DNA from: a virus
DNA length: 64,000 nt
Reading direction: 5' to 3' (one strand)
IMG/VR virus record: IMGVR_UViG_3300045988_142085
Span: 32,001-96,000 of that record
Shown: piece by piece, positions 30,653 to 40,728 of the stretch
How positions within the stretch are numbered: position 1 is the first letter of the stretch
How the letters are laid out: the number at the start of each line of letters is the position of its first letter
The notes under the pieces: model-generated
Seen by the model: only the letters and a program-made list of their open reading frames with translations
Told to the model about the DNA's origin: nothing
Database searches by the model: none
Program-made: the position numbers and the translations under genes

Positions 30653-30922
30653 ACCCGAGTCTGCAACGCCAGCGATAGTCGTAATTTTCCCAATCGGAAA
30701 ACCACCGCCAGTTGCTGCATTAAAGTTAACAGATGGTGTCGGAATAAATCGAATATTAAGCTGTTCCTGAACTTTAGGATCACTTAATCGACCGACAACC
30801 ATGTTGTTCTTTTTCTTAGCCAAGTTAGCCATTACAAGATCTAATCGCTTACGTCTTTCGACGTCAGTTAAGACTTGAGAATTGCTAGCTTCGACAATTG
30901 GTTCAGCTTTCTTTCTTGCCAC
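30653..30922 (-). CDS. recA: RecA/UvsX-like recombinase, exon 1 (N-terminus to GVADSG of P-loop)
   Basis: ...NAATGGGFPIGKITTIAGVADSG equals RecA LG.GGLPRGRIVEIYGPESSG. Confidence 0.7.
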
Positions 30923-31238
30923 TTGTACTTCCTTTCTTGTCCTTAAATGACTTAATGATATTATCTAAAAGATTGATAGCTTGAACGTAATCTTTATTAA
31001 TTTCGCCAGTAGCTTCTTCATAAAGATTATTTCGTTCTACTAAGTATCTTAATGATACACCAAGTACGGGTACAATTGCAAGGTCTTTTTCTGTTCCTTC
31101 AGCATTAAGAAGTTCTTCGATAACTTCAGAAAAAGCTTGAATAATTTGCTTATTCTTTTCTGTAATATCGCCTTCTAATACTTCTGAGAACATACCGACA
31201 TAAGATGCTAAACTCTGTTTAATTGCGTCGAGTTTCAA
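30903..31238 (-). CDS. hypothetical protein
   Basis: ORF. Confidence 0.5.
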   Translation of the reverse strand: MKLDAIKQSLASYVGMFSEVLEGDITEKNKQIIQAFSEVIEELLNAEGTEKDLAIVPVLGVSLRYLVERNNLYEEATGEINKDYVQAINLLDNIIKSFKDKKGSTSGKKES

Positions 31239-31990
31239 TATTTTACACCTTTCACGAGTTCGTATTCTTCATACTCAAGTCCGTTAAATAATGGATGTAT
31301 TTTATACATACCATTATACTTTTTCTTGTATAATTCGAAATCTTTATATTTAAGTAAGGTAATTTTGTAATCGACGCCTAAAATATTATTATTTAAATTT
31401 GACATAACTAATGCAAATTTAAGTTTAGTTTTACCTAATGGTTTAGGAACTTTGCCTAGCTTACGCATAGGACCGTCGTCAATTAATTTAACGTTATTAA
31501 ATTCATCGATTAATAATAGGCTATTAATCGACATATCTTCGTTAAATTTATTAACGACTCTATATATTTCTTCTTTCGGCTCGAGCTTAACAAAATTAGC
31601 CTTACCTGATGATTTTTCTGTAATCCGAAGATGTTCGGTTTTAAATCCGATATCGACAATTAGCATACGATTTTGCGTCGTTAAACAGTAAAAGTAATTA
31701 GTATATATCGGGCAAATACTGCAAATAGCATCGCCTTCTTCCAATTTGATTACTTTCTTTGTTCTTGTGATATCGAACATAACGCCAGGAACACATTTAT
31801 AATAGCCGTGTTTTGTTACGATAAGATAGTTAACATCTCTATCGTAATTCAAATAATTATTGTCTTTTGTATAAAAATAATATACACGATCTTCTATCTT
31901 TAAATATGTTTCTGGATTTTGTGCTACACGAAATACTTCGGCACCAGAAAAACGAATAATAGGTTTATTTAGATTTATCATCTGGTTCAC
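31235..31990 (-). CDS. hypothetical protein
   Basis: 251-aa ORF. Confidence 0.5.
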   Translation of the reverse strand: MNQMINLNKPIIRFSGAEVFRVAQNPETYLKIEDRVYYFYTKDNNYLNYDRDVNYLIVTKHGYYKCVPGVMFDITRTKKVIKLEEGDAICSICPIYTNYFYCLTTQNRMLIVDIGFKTEHLRITEKSSGKANFVKLEPKEEIYRVVNKFNEDMSINSLLLIDEFNNVKLIDDGPMRKLGKVPKPLGKTKLKFALVMSNLNNNILGVDYKITLLKYKDFELYKKKYNGMYKIHPLFNGLEYEEYELVKGVKY

Positions 31991-33422
31991 CTATCAATGT
32001 TAAACGCTTATCGTTTTTAAAATATTTTTTAAGAACATTTTGGAGCTCACGTTTAACCTCTTCTAAAATAGAAGTGCTATTTTTTAGAATACCTTTAATT
32101 TCTTTATTACGAGCTTCCAGCTCTGCGATCTTAGTATCGTAATCTCGTTGACTTAACTTAGTAAAGTCATTGATTTTCATACCAAGAATATAATCGGCCG
32201 CTTCTTCGCTTATACTAAGAAGCTTCATTAATTCACTTTTAGGTTCGTCGCTAGTTTTAATTAGTTCTAAAATCTTAGCACTATTAGCGATCGCCAATTT
32301 AATATTGTTGTATCTAAATAATAGTTTATTATTTTTATTTAACTCTAATGTTAATTTATTCTTAACAATATTATGATAATGAATTAATAGCTTCTTAACA
32401 ATAGAAACTAATGGCATATGCTCGATAACTTTATTATTATAAATAATAGTAAAGATACTGTTAAAGCTATCTTCTAATTTAGTCTTTTTAAAAACTTGTT
32501 TAATTAAGTCATCGACAGATTGACCACGTGCTGGTTTAATACTAATATTAAGAACGCCTTTTGCCGAGAAATTTTTAAACTCTCCACAAAGTTTATTTTC
32601 TCTTAATTTTTTTAAACCAGACATGATAACACTAACATTAGTTGTGTATGGTATTGATGTAAATACTAATTCTTTTTTATTTTTAATTGTATATTGGCCA
32701 CGGATAACGAACTTACCTTTGCCATTTTCATATACGGATTCTATATCGTCAGGATTCATAATAATCCCTTCGGTCGGGAAATCTGGTCCTTTGATATACT
32801 TCATTAAGAATTTAGTATTAATATCTTTACCTTTGTTAACCTGATCGATAGTCTTAATTAAGGCCGTAATGACTTCTGTCGCATTATGAGACGGAATCAT
32901 AGAGCTTACACCAGCAGCAATACCGTTAGTATAGTTACACAAAATATTCGGGAAAAATCCTCCTAAATATTTTGGTTCTAATCCTTCGTTGTCATACGTT
33001 GGCATCCATGGTACCGTAGCTTCATTAGTGTCTCCTAGGAGCAGATCTCCAGTCTTACTAAGTCTACTCTCGACGTACCTCATGGCTGCAGGTGGATCAT
33101 TTTCTATACTGCCAAAATTGCCACTACCATCTCCTAATGGATATCTGGCAGAAAATGTCGCCGTCATATTAACGAGAGCGCCATAAGGACCATCTAAGCT
33201 ATGTGGATGATATTGGCCGACAGTATCGCCGATAACTTTAGCAGCTTTTTTAAACGGTTTATTGTTATTTAAACCTAAATTGTTCATCGACAATAATACA
33301 CGTCGTTGAACTGGTTTTAAGCCGTCATTAAGTAACGGGATAGCTCGCTCGTATACAATGTGATTAGCATATTTACTAAAATTTTTAACGAGCAAGTCGC
33401 TTAATTCAATTTCAATTTCCAT
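31965..33422 (-). CDS. type II DNA topoisomerase, A-type (GyrA/ParC/T4 gp52-like) subunit
   Basis: NDGLKPVQRRVLLSMNNLGL...GQYHPHSLDGPYGALVNMTATFSARYPLGDGSGNFGS. Confidence 0.8.
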   Translation of the reverse strand: MEIEIELSDLLVKNFSKYANHIVYERAIPLLNDGLKPVQRRVLLSMNNLGLNNNKPFKKAAKVIGDTVGQYHPHSLDGPYGALVNMTATFSARYPLGDGSGNFGSIENDPPAAMRYVESRLSKTGDLLLGDTNEATVPWMPTYDNEGLEPKYLGGFFPNILCNYTNGIAAGVSSMIPSHNATEVITALIKTIDQVNKGKDINTKFLMKYIKGPDFPTEGIIMNPDDIESVYENGKGKFVIRGQYTIKNKKELVFTSIPYTTNVSVIMSGLKKLRENKLCGEFKNFSAKGVLNISIKPARGQSVDDLIKQVFKKTKLEDSFNSIFTIIYNNKVIEHMPLVSIVKKLLIHYHNIVKNKLTLELNKNNKLLFRYNNIKLAIANSAKILELIKTSDEPKSELMKLLSISEEAADYILGMKINDFTKLSQRDYDTKIAELEARNKEIKGILKNSTSILEEVKRELQNVLKKYFKNDKRLTLIGEPDDKSK

Positions 33423-34002
33423 TGCTAATTACCTTGATATCTTTAACGAGTACTTCATATGTCTCACGTTCACACTGATTAACTTTATCCCAGTATTTTC
33501 GATTAACGAACATACCTGTGATTTCAACATTCGTCTTTAACGGAATATCTCGTAAGATATTCGCATTAAGATTATGCCCGACACACGGGATAAAATCTTT
33601 TTCGGTGCCGTTATTGCGTTCGACCATTACAATATCATTACAGATATTATGACCATCTTTATTCGTAACTTTATTAATTTTAACGATTTTACCTTTAAGC
33701 TTCGTTTCGTTAAATTGAGACACGTGTTGATTAGCCTGGGTTAAATAACCATATACGATTAATTTAACTCCATTATCTGTTTTAATATTTTTAGTTCGAA
33801 TTTCACCGAATGCGTTAATGTGAGAACCATCTTTAAGATTGTATACTAAACGAACATTATCTTTAAAGTATACTGGAATTTTAATACTTCTTTTTTTAAC
33901 TTTCATTGATACGAAAGCTTTATATATATCTTGACCGTGAACATCTTGATGAGACACTTCAATCTCATCAATTGTTCCGGCTATATTTAGAAAATTATTC
34001 AC
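33412..34002 (-). CDS. hypothetical protein
   Basis: 196-aa ORF. Confidence 0.5.
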   Translation of the reverse strand: MNNFLNIAGTIDEIEVSHQDVHGQDIYKAFVSMKVKKRSIKIPVYFKDNVRLVYNLKDGSHINAFGEIRTKNIKTDNGVKLIVYGYLTQANQHVSQFNETKLKGKIVKINKVTNKDGHNICNDIVMVERNNGTEKDFIPCVGHNLNANILRDIPLKTNVEITGMFVNRKYWDKVNQCERETYEVLVKDIKVISNGN

Positions 34003-34478
34003 TTTTTAATATACTTTCTAAATTCTAATTTAAATCCTGACTTCTCGTCAGTATCTTCTTTAGCATTAACTAGAGTAAAACCTCTAGTAATTTTATTGTA
34101 TGGGAACAACGTATCGCCGACTTTAAAATCTTCGACAACTGTTAAATAAACAGCGTCGCAATATTTTAAAAAGTCTCGATAAATTGTTCCGCCGCCAATA
34201 ATATAATAATCGTATCCTTCGAGCATAGCTGCTCTACATTCTTCGACCGAAGAAAATACTCGTACACCGGGATACGAAAAACCACTTTTACTAATTACCC
34301 AGTGTTCTCGATTAGGGAGAAGCCCAGGCAAACTTTCGAAGGTTTTTCGGCCCATTACGATAATTTTATTTAAAGTCTTCTTCTTAAAGAATGCAAGATC
34401 TTTAGGAATATGATATAGCAATTCATTATTCTTACCGATGTAATGAAATAAATTCATGCATCCGATCATATAGATCAT
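33999..34478 (-). CDS. folA: dihydrofolate reductase
   Basis: IVMGRKTFESLPGLLPNREHWVISKS...IIGGGTIY. Confidence 0.75.
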   Translation of the reverse strand: MIYMIGCMNLFHYIGKNNELLYHIPKDLAFFKKKTLNKIIVMGRKTFESLPGLLPNREHWVISKSGFSYPGVRVFSSVEECRAAMLEGYDYYIIGGGTIYRDFLKYCDAVYLTVVEDFKVGDTLFPYNKITRGFTLVNAKEDTDEKSGFKLEFRKYIKK

Positions 34479-35416
34479 ACAGCTACCTCGAAAGGAATTT
34501 TACCGCTATGCTCATAGTCTTCGAGAATTAAATCATCGATTTTAAAATCGTAAAAGCTTTTTACACGAGATTTAATTTCGACTTTTGGAGCATAATGGCT
34601 TCTATTTCCGACTTGAATAAATGCACCACGCAAATGATTTTCATAAACATGGGCATCGTTAATCATGATCGTAAACAAACCTGGTTTAAGATCACAGGTT
34701 TGCGCCATGAGTAATAATAGGAACGCATATTGGGCCATATTATATGGTAAGCCTACTAATGTATCGGAGCTACGAATATTTAATAATAAATTAAGTTTTC
34801 CGTTAGTGACATTCCATTCAGTTAAGAATGCACAAGGCTGCAATGCCATATTATTTAAATCTTCGACGTTCCATAGACTAACTACCATACGACGACTATC
34901 TTTATTAAAATGAAGATCGTAGATTAATTTATCGACTTGATTCATATAGATTTCTCCATTTTTACCGAGTCGATAATTTTTAATTTTACCTTCTTTTTTT
35001 AACTTAGCTACGTTTTCAGCTAATACGTCAAAATATTTATATTCTTTTCCTAGCTGATAACCGTAAGCTAAACCGATAGTACCGTCTTTACGTTCCCATT
35101 CATCCCAAATGGTAACATTATATTTACTACGTAATATTTCAACACTATTACTTTGATCTTGCCAGATCCACAGCATTTCTTTAATAGCTGTTTTAAGTCC
35201 GACAAATTTTGTCGTTAATAAAGGAAATTCATCTTCGAGATCGAATTGAAGCATCTTATGCGGTAAGCTAAAAGCATTAACACCGGTACGATTTTCTTTT
35301 AATTCGCCTTTTTCGATGATTTCACTGATCAACGGAATATACTGCCCGTCGGCTTCGTTCCGATAATCTTTATTAACGTCTTTAATAGTTTTAATTAATT
35401 GTTTAATGAAGCCCAC
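34475..35416 (-). CDS. thyA: thymidylate synthase (ThyA family; PCA instead of PCH at the catalytic Cys)
   Basis: FPLLTTK, EMLWIWQDQSN, DSRRMVVSLWN, QPCAF, GLPYNMAQY, NDAHVYENH. Confidence 0.75.
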   Translation of the reverse strand: MGFIKQLIKTIKDVNKDYRNEADGQYIPLISEIIEKGELKENRTGVNAFSLPHKMLQFDLEDEFPLLTTKFVGLKTAIKEMLWIWQDQSNSVEILRSKYNVTIWDEWERKDGTIGLAYGYQLGKEYKYFDVLAENVAKLKKEGKIKNYRLGKNGEIYMNQVDKLIYDLHFNKDSRRMVVSLWNVEDLNNMALQPCAFLTEWNVTNGKLNLLLNIRSSDTLVGLPYNMAQYAFLLLLMAQTCDLKPGLFTIMINDAHVYENHLRGAFIQVGNRSHYAPKVEIKSRVKSFYDFKIDDLILEDYEHSGKIPFEVAV

Positions 35417-35797
35417 TTAGTCAACTCCAAAATTATTTAACACAAGATTCTTTCTAGCTTCCGAATCTTTCCCCATGATATCAGATACCATCTTAGCACA
35501 CTTTTCAGCGTCTTCGATAGTAATCTTATATAAATGTCTTTTCTTAGGATCCAAGGTAGATTCCCATAATTGATCGGGATTCATTTCTCCTAATCCTTTT
35601 ATATATTGCACATGCCATTGGTCTTTTTCTTTATATTTAGCTAGCTCTTCTTTCGTATAGATATATTTATGACTATTGCCTTTAACAAGTCTAAACAAAG
35701 GAGGAGCAGCTGCATAAATATAACCGTTCTCGATTAATTCTCGATAATGATTATAGAAGAACGTAGCCCAAAGGCAAATAATATGAGCCCCGTCGTC
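35417..35797 (-). CDS. gyrB: type II topoisomerase B-type (GyrB/gp39-like) subunit, exon 4 (Toprim end + tail)
   Basis: DDGAHIICLWATFFYNHYRELIENGYIYAAAPPLFRL...KGLGEMNPDQLWESTLDP equals GyrB VDGSHIRTLLLTFF...YIAQPPLYK...KGLGEM. Confidence 0.7.
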   Translation of the reverse strand, partial: DDGAHIICLWATFFYNHYRELIENGYIYAAAPPLFRLVKGNSHKYIYTKEELAKYKEKDQWHVQYIKGLGEMNPDQLWESTLDPKKRHLYKITIEDAEKCAKMVSDIMGKDSEARKNLVLNNFGVD

Positions 35798-36099
35798 CGA
35801 CCGTACCCTCGGTTTCCCGATACTTCATAAAGGGACTAGACTATATTTTTATCCGTTCTGGATAGCACCTCTATAGTCGTTACACATTTACGATATTTTT
35901 TTAATATCGACTTAGCACGGTATTGCCATTGCTAGCCATTTCTGGCCCATCAGGTTCTCTTGATTATAGGAGCGCCTTCGCACATAATGTCTTATTCAAC
36001 TCCAACCGTAAGCATATTATTAGTTAATATACACCGCCTTGATAGCGTTAGGGTGCTTGTAATCTCTTGCATTCCTGCAAGGACGACTAATTTTTATTA
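35798..36099 (-). mobile_element. group I-like intron (family B, ORF-less), gyrB intron 3
   Basis: Exon 3 ends ...ATG TCA GAT GCT GAT before TAA. Intron ends GGUACGGUCG (omega G) before GAC GAC GGG. 3' region near-identical to the recA intron 1 3' region (CCGAGGGUA...). Confidence 0.65.
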
Positions 36100-36315
36100 A
36101 TCAGCATCTGACATTACGACAATCTTGTTATATTTTAAATCTTCGATATTGAATGATTTATCGATGCCGCAACCTAATGCGTTAACAAGGTCTAATAGTT
36201 TGTCAGACGTAACAGTACCGCCATTCTTTTCAGTATTCATTACTTTACCGAAAATAGGTAGCACAGCTTGATATTCGGGGTCACGTGCTTGCTTACTAGA
36301 GCCTCCGGCAGAATC
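36100..36315 (-). CDS. gyrB: GyrB-like subunit, exon 3 (Toprim DxD core); no start codon, absent from the ORF track
   Basis: Minus translation DSAGGSSKQARDPEYQAVLPIFGKVMNTEKNGG...KIVVMSDAD equals GyrB DSAGGSAKQGRDR.FQAILPLRGKILNVEK...IIIMTDAD. Confidence 0.65.
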
Positions 36316-36624
36316 TTAAGAGATATTTGTTTGGACTATATCTTACTTGTTAAAGCAAGTCCTACCGTTTCGATTTTTTAAAAATCTACTCTACTCAGTT
36401 CATATATATACTATATGCTTTTCGATAGTCTCTGAACGCGTTACAGATATCCGTTTTTTTTCCGTTCTGTAATTTCGCTGCGGATAATTTATAGTTTTGA
36501 CAATGTTACTATACCTAAGCCATTACGCTTTGCCATTATTATATCACTATAATAATTTAGTTGCCAATACTAATTTAAACTTCCCCGCAATTAGATAGGT
36601 TTAACGAGAGCGATTCTGTCTTTT
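36316..36624 (-). mobile_element. group I-like intron (family B, ORF-less), gyrB intron 2
   Basis: Lies between ...ELFIVEG and DSAGG. Contains UUGGACUAUAUC ... CGAUAGUCUCUGAACG. Exact junction ambiguous (the simplest omega-G model drops one Gly). Confidence 0.55.
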
Positions 36625-37503
36625 ACCCTCGACAATAAACAGTTCGCATTTTTTAGGGTCGTCACTATGACAATCGCTAAGTTTTTCTACGACAGTAGAT
36701 TTTAATGCTTTTTTCTGTTTACGTGCATTTTCTCTTGCCTTTTTAGCATCGAGTCTAGCTTTAATACTAAGATTAATTTTACTAGTCAATTGCTTAGCAA
36801 AAGTTTTTTTCTTTTTGAGCTCTTCTCCGAAAGACTCGGAAATTAATTCTTTAACTTGATCTCGAATCTCGGGCATCTGTAAATATAGTTTATTTTGACC
36901 TTCGAATTTTGGTTCGATAGTCTTAATATTTACGATAGCTACAAGACCTTCGATCGCATCGTCTTGTGTTAAATCTTTAATATTTAACTCTTTTAATGCT
37001 TGTACTATACCAGCTTTAAACCCATTTAAATGATCGCCGCCGTTTAAAGTATTGATATTATTTACAAACGTTAAAATCGTATTAGAATATAATCCATCAC
37101 AATAATTTAATACGACATGAACAGATGTATTATCTTTTTCTCCTTTAAATTCTAACGCTTTACCGATAGTTTCTTTAGGAGTAATATCTTTTAGATAATC
37201 TAAAAGAGTCGAAGATTTTAAGTTTACCCATTCTTCGCCTAAATTATATTTGATGGTAAGACCTTCGTTAAGATAACTTAACTGCTTAAGTTTCTTTTCG
37301 AGATCTTTAATATTAATAGGATCTGGATAGATTTCAGGATCTAATCGATATTCAATACGGGTACCCGTCTTTTTGGACTTTCGTCCTTTTTTAAGTTCTT
37401 GACTTAAGATACCTTTTTTAAAGCCAATAGACCATTCATATCCATCACGCCATACTGTGGCATTAAAATATTCGGAAACCGCATTAACGCAAGAACTCCC
37501 AAC
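36625..37503 (-). CDS. gyrB: GyrB-like subunit, exon 2 (transducer domain to start of Toprim)
   Basis: VGSSCVNAVSEYFNATVWRDGYEW... equals GyrB [23 protein letters not shown]... Ends CELFIVEG. Confidence 0.7.
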
Positions 37504-37804
37504 CAAAATCTTCAATAAAGAACGCTACTTCTTTATCAGTTCTCTTATGAACTTCTTTATGTTTCCATAAAGTTGAGACTATATCTTCTTAGACTTCCAC
37601 TTCGAGCACCAATAACTTGTGCCCTACTCCCTTACGGGATAGTCGTTGAACTTTATATATATACTTTTTAATATATATCTTAGCTGCTGATTACCCGCCC
37701 ATACGGGCTTTCCAGCAATTCAAAAGTTTTTACAACGGCATTTATTTACCGTTTAAGCCACCAGTAGCAGAGACCTGTCCGCTAAGTGAAACGAATTTTC
37801 CTCC
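37504..37804 (-). mobile_element. group I-like intron (family B, ORF-less), gyrB intron 1
   Basis: Exon 1 ends ...TTG CAT GCT (U). Intron ends ...GAUUUUG (omega G). Exon 2 is GTT GGG AGT, restoring SLHAVGSSCVNAVS, which matches [14 protein letters not shown]. Core UUGCUGGAAAGCCC...CGACUAUCCCGUAAGGGAGUA...GAUAUAGUCUCAAC. Confidence 0.7.
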
Positions 37805-38077
37805 AGCATGCAAAGAGCCTACCGCCAATTGTATTTGAGGAATGCCATATTTTTCATTAAGTGCGACTGGGATACCACGACCTTCGTCAGTGATAATCAT
37901 TACTTGAGTTTCGGGATTGTATTCTACAGTTATACATTTACCGAACCCAGTAACGAATTCGTCGACAGCATTGTCGATAATTTCGTGAGCACAATGATTT
38001 GGGCCATTCAAGTACATTTCTTTTCGTAGTCGAACATTGTCCGGATATTCGAGTACTAAAATTTCTTGTTCAGCCAT
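37805..38077 (-). CDS. gyrB: GyrB-like subunit, exon 1 (GHKL ATPase N-terminus)
   Basis: GPNHCAHEIIDNAVDE...ITDEGRGIP...GSLHA. Confidence 0.7.
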
Positions 38078-38457
38078 TAATATACGTGGTCCTCATCTGC
38101 AATTAAATCATAATATCGATATAATAATGCACGAACTGTTTCATTAATAGATTCGTGTAGGCTAACATCTTTATTTAAAGTTACCTCTGCTTTAAATTTT
38201 CTAGGTTTAACAATTAAACCATTAGATGTAGTTAGCATATCGACACGTCCATGTCTACCAGAAATACCAATTCTAAATACGAATTGGAACAGTCGTCCAT
38301 CATAATCGACTTGATATGGTGTACCATATTTTTGTTTAGATAAAGCTTCGCCGACGTGGCCGGCAATATTATCTAAATCACTTTTAAGCTCTTGCTCTTT
38401 TTTAATAGCATCTTCCCAGGCTTTAATTCCCTGGTCGATATTATCTAAATAATCCAT
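38077..38457 (-). CDS. hypothetical protein
   Basis: 126-aa ORF. Confidence 0.5.
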   Translation of the reverse strand: MDYLDNIDQGIKAWEDAIKKEQELKSDLDNIAGHVGEALSKQKYGTPYQVDYDGRLFQFVFRIGISGRHGRVDMLTTSNGLIVKPRKFKAEVTLNKDVSLHESINETVRALLYRYYDLIADEDHVY

Positions 38458-38486
38458 GTATATCCTTTCTTTTTAAAAAGAAAAAC

Positions 38487-38516
38487 TGGGTGCAGCGATC
38501 ACCACTACACCCAGTA
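38487..38516 (-). terminator. rho-independent terminator after ssb
   Basis: CTGGGTG...CACCCAG hairpin plus TTTTTCTTTTT on the minus strand. Confidence 0.5.
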
Positions 38517-38525
38517 TACCATAGA

Positions 38526-38945
38526 TTAGCCAAGTAAATCTACAATAGGTTTCGCTTCTGCTTTTGGAGCATCGGCAAAGCTATCAAAGTTAGAAGCTTC
38601 GGATGCACCAGAGCCATCACGATGTTCATAATACATGCTGTCTACGATTACGTCAGTAGTATATACTTTAGTACCGTCTTCCTTTTCATAGGAACCAGTG
38701 CGGATAGCACCTTGTACAATAATTTGTTGACCTTGGTTTTTGTGAATTAAATCAGCAGTCATACCGAATGCTGTGCATGTAATGCTATCCCAATCTGGAT
38801 ATTCAGCATCTTTTGCTTTAAAATTACGTTGGCAAGACAAAGAGAAACGTAGCACGGATTTCTTTTCACCTTCACCTGGTTTGTAGCTATAAATACCTTT
38901 ACCTTCAGAATTAACACGGCCTTGAATAATTACTTGATTCAACAT
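38526..38945 (-). CDS. ssb: single-stranded DNA-binding protein (OB fold)
   Basis: MLNQVIIQGRV...EKEDGTKVYTTDVIV plus a flexible acidic/Gly-rich tail. Confidence 0.7.
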   Translation of the reverse strand: MLNQVIIQGRVNSEGKGIYSYKPGEGEKKSVLRFSLSCQRNFKAKDAEYPDWDSITCTAFGMTADLIHKNQGQQIIVQGAIRTGSYEKEDGTKVYTTDVIVDSMYYEHRDGSGASEASNFDSFADAPKAEAKPIVDLLG

Positions 38946-39007
38946 AATAATAATTTCCTTTCGATAATTAAAAATTATTTAAATAAATATATATCTTAAG
39001 CATTTAA

Positions 39008-39916
39008 TTATGCTTTAAGAACAGATAAGATGGCTTCGATATTATAACGATTCAATTGCTTAACATCGTTTAATACGCCGCCAGACAATGCTTCCATAGC
39101 TTCTACGATTTGCTCGTCGCTGTAGCGATTAATTTCTTCACGCAAATCTAAGTAGTGAGCTAAGTAATCTAAGTAATACGGAGTAATATTAGACAAAGAA
39201 ACTTGATTTCTATCTTCGTCTTCAAGAATTTCGTCGAGATATCCTTGTAGTACTTTTTGATTCCCAGCATCTTCTTTAACAAATGTTTTTACTTTAGCAA
39301 TTTGACCAGCGAGATCTTTAGCGATTTGTGTCGTCATTTCATCTTCGCGTTTATATTTACTAACGTAGCAATCGAGCTGGCGCTCGTCGAATTTAAGAGC
39401 TTCGACAACTTCAGGATCGGCTTCATCTTTTTCTTCGAGCTCAGCTGTTTCTTCAGCAAAAGATTTAAAACCGTTATCGGCTTCATAGTCTACGTCTTCA
39501 GAACCCAATAATTCCATTGGAGATGCAACTTCGATAGGATTGCCGTCAAAATCAGTAACCGGAATTTCTTCCTTTACTTCTTCTGCAGAAGCTGGTTCTT
39601 TAATAATGACTTTTGGCTCTTCAGCTTCAATAGCAACTGGTTTACTTTCAGGTTCTTCCTTGACCAATTCAGCTTTGGGCTTCCGGCCACGCTTTTTAGG
39701 TTTTTCTTCTTTTACTTCCTCAACCTTATCGGTTGCTTCAGCTTTCCCAGCTACTTCATGTTTTACAGCATGAGCGTCGAGAGAAGAAATAATACCACTG
39801 TTATACATATCCAACAATAATTTACTGGATGCTGTATTAAAAGTGGCAGGATCTTCGTCTAACAGACGTTTAGCAATGACCAATAAATGATCAAATGCTT
39901 TTTCAGTGTAATTCAA
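39008..39916 (-). CDS. hypothetical acidic protein
   Basis: 302-aa ORF. Confidence 0.5.
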   Translation of the reverse strand: MNYTEKAFDHLLVIAKRLLDEDPATFNTASSKLLLDMYNSGIISSLDAHAVKHEVAGKAEATDKVEEVKEEKPKKRGRKPKAELVKEEPESKPVAIEAEEPKVIIKEPASAEEVKEEIPVTDFDGNPIEVASPMELLGSEDVDYEADNGFKSFAEETAELEEKDEADPEVVEALKFDERQLDCYVSKYKREDEMTTQIAKDLAGQIAKVKTFVKEDAGNQKVLQGYLDEILEDEDRNQVSLSNITPYYLDYLAHYLDLREEINRYSDEQIVEAMEALSGGVLNDVKQLNRYNIEAILSVLKA

Positions 39917-40728
39917 TTACTTTGCCTCCTTATTTAAATAATATGAATATTTATTATTAACATCTTCCGAAGTAATACGAATTTCTTTCGTATTCTCATC
40001 GATGTCGAATAATTTATCGTCGACTAAACCTTGTACGACGCTTTTAAGTGCACGAGCACCTGTTTTTCGATCGTAGGCAAGTTTAGCAATAGTATCGACA
40101 GTATCGTCATCGAAAGTAATTTCGATATCATACATGCCGATCAATTCTTTAATTTGTTTAAAGATTGCGTGTTTTGGAGTCGTTAAAATTTGTTTTAAGT
40201 CTTCCACACTCAATTCTTTAAGCGGGCAAATTACTGGTAATCGACCTAATAATTCTGGAATAATACCAAAGTTATCGAGATCTTCAGGTAAGATATAATC
40301 GATTACGTCGTTATACTTAGATTTTTCTTCCAATACGTCTTTAGATGCTTCACTAGAGAAACCGAGGCCCGTATCTAAATCTTTATTTAACCTTGCCGCA
40401 ATCTTCTTTTCAATACCGGTAAATGCACCACCACAAATAAATAAAATATTAGTAGTATCAATTTCAACAGTAGGAGATGACATAGCAAATCCACCTTGTT
40501 GATCGTTAGACTTAATAGCGACTTTGCCGCCTTCAACGAGTTTTAATAACTCATATTGTACGTCACGACCACCGATATCACTACCTTGAGAGCCAGCATT
40601 TTTAGGATCTCGAGCAGCAATTTTATCGATTTCATCGATATAGACAATACCTTGTTGAGTTCGTTCGACATCGTTACCGGCTTCACGGTATAGTTTGGCT
40701 AAGATGCTATTAACGTCTTCACCAACGA
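39917..40728 (-). CDS. clpX: ClpX ATPase, exon 3
   Basis: FVGEDVNSILAKLYREAGNDVERTQQGIVYIDEIDKIA...ILFICGGAF...GRLPVICPLKEL...RKTGARALKSVV equals the ClpX core. Confidence 0.75.
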
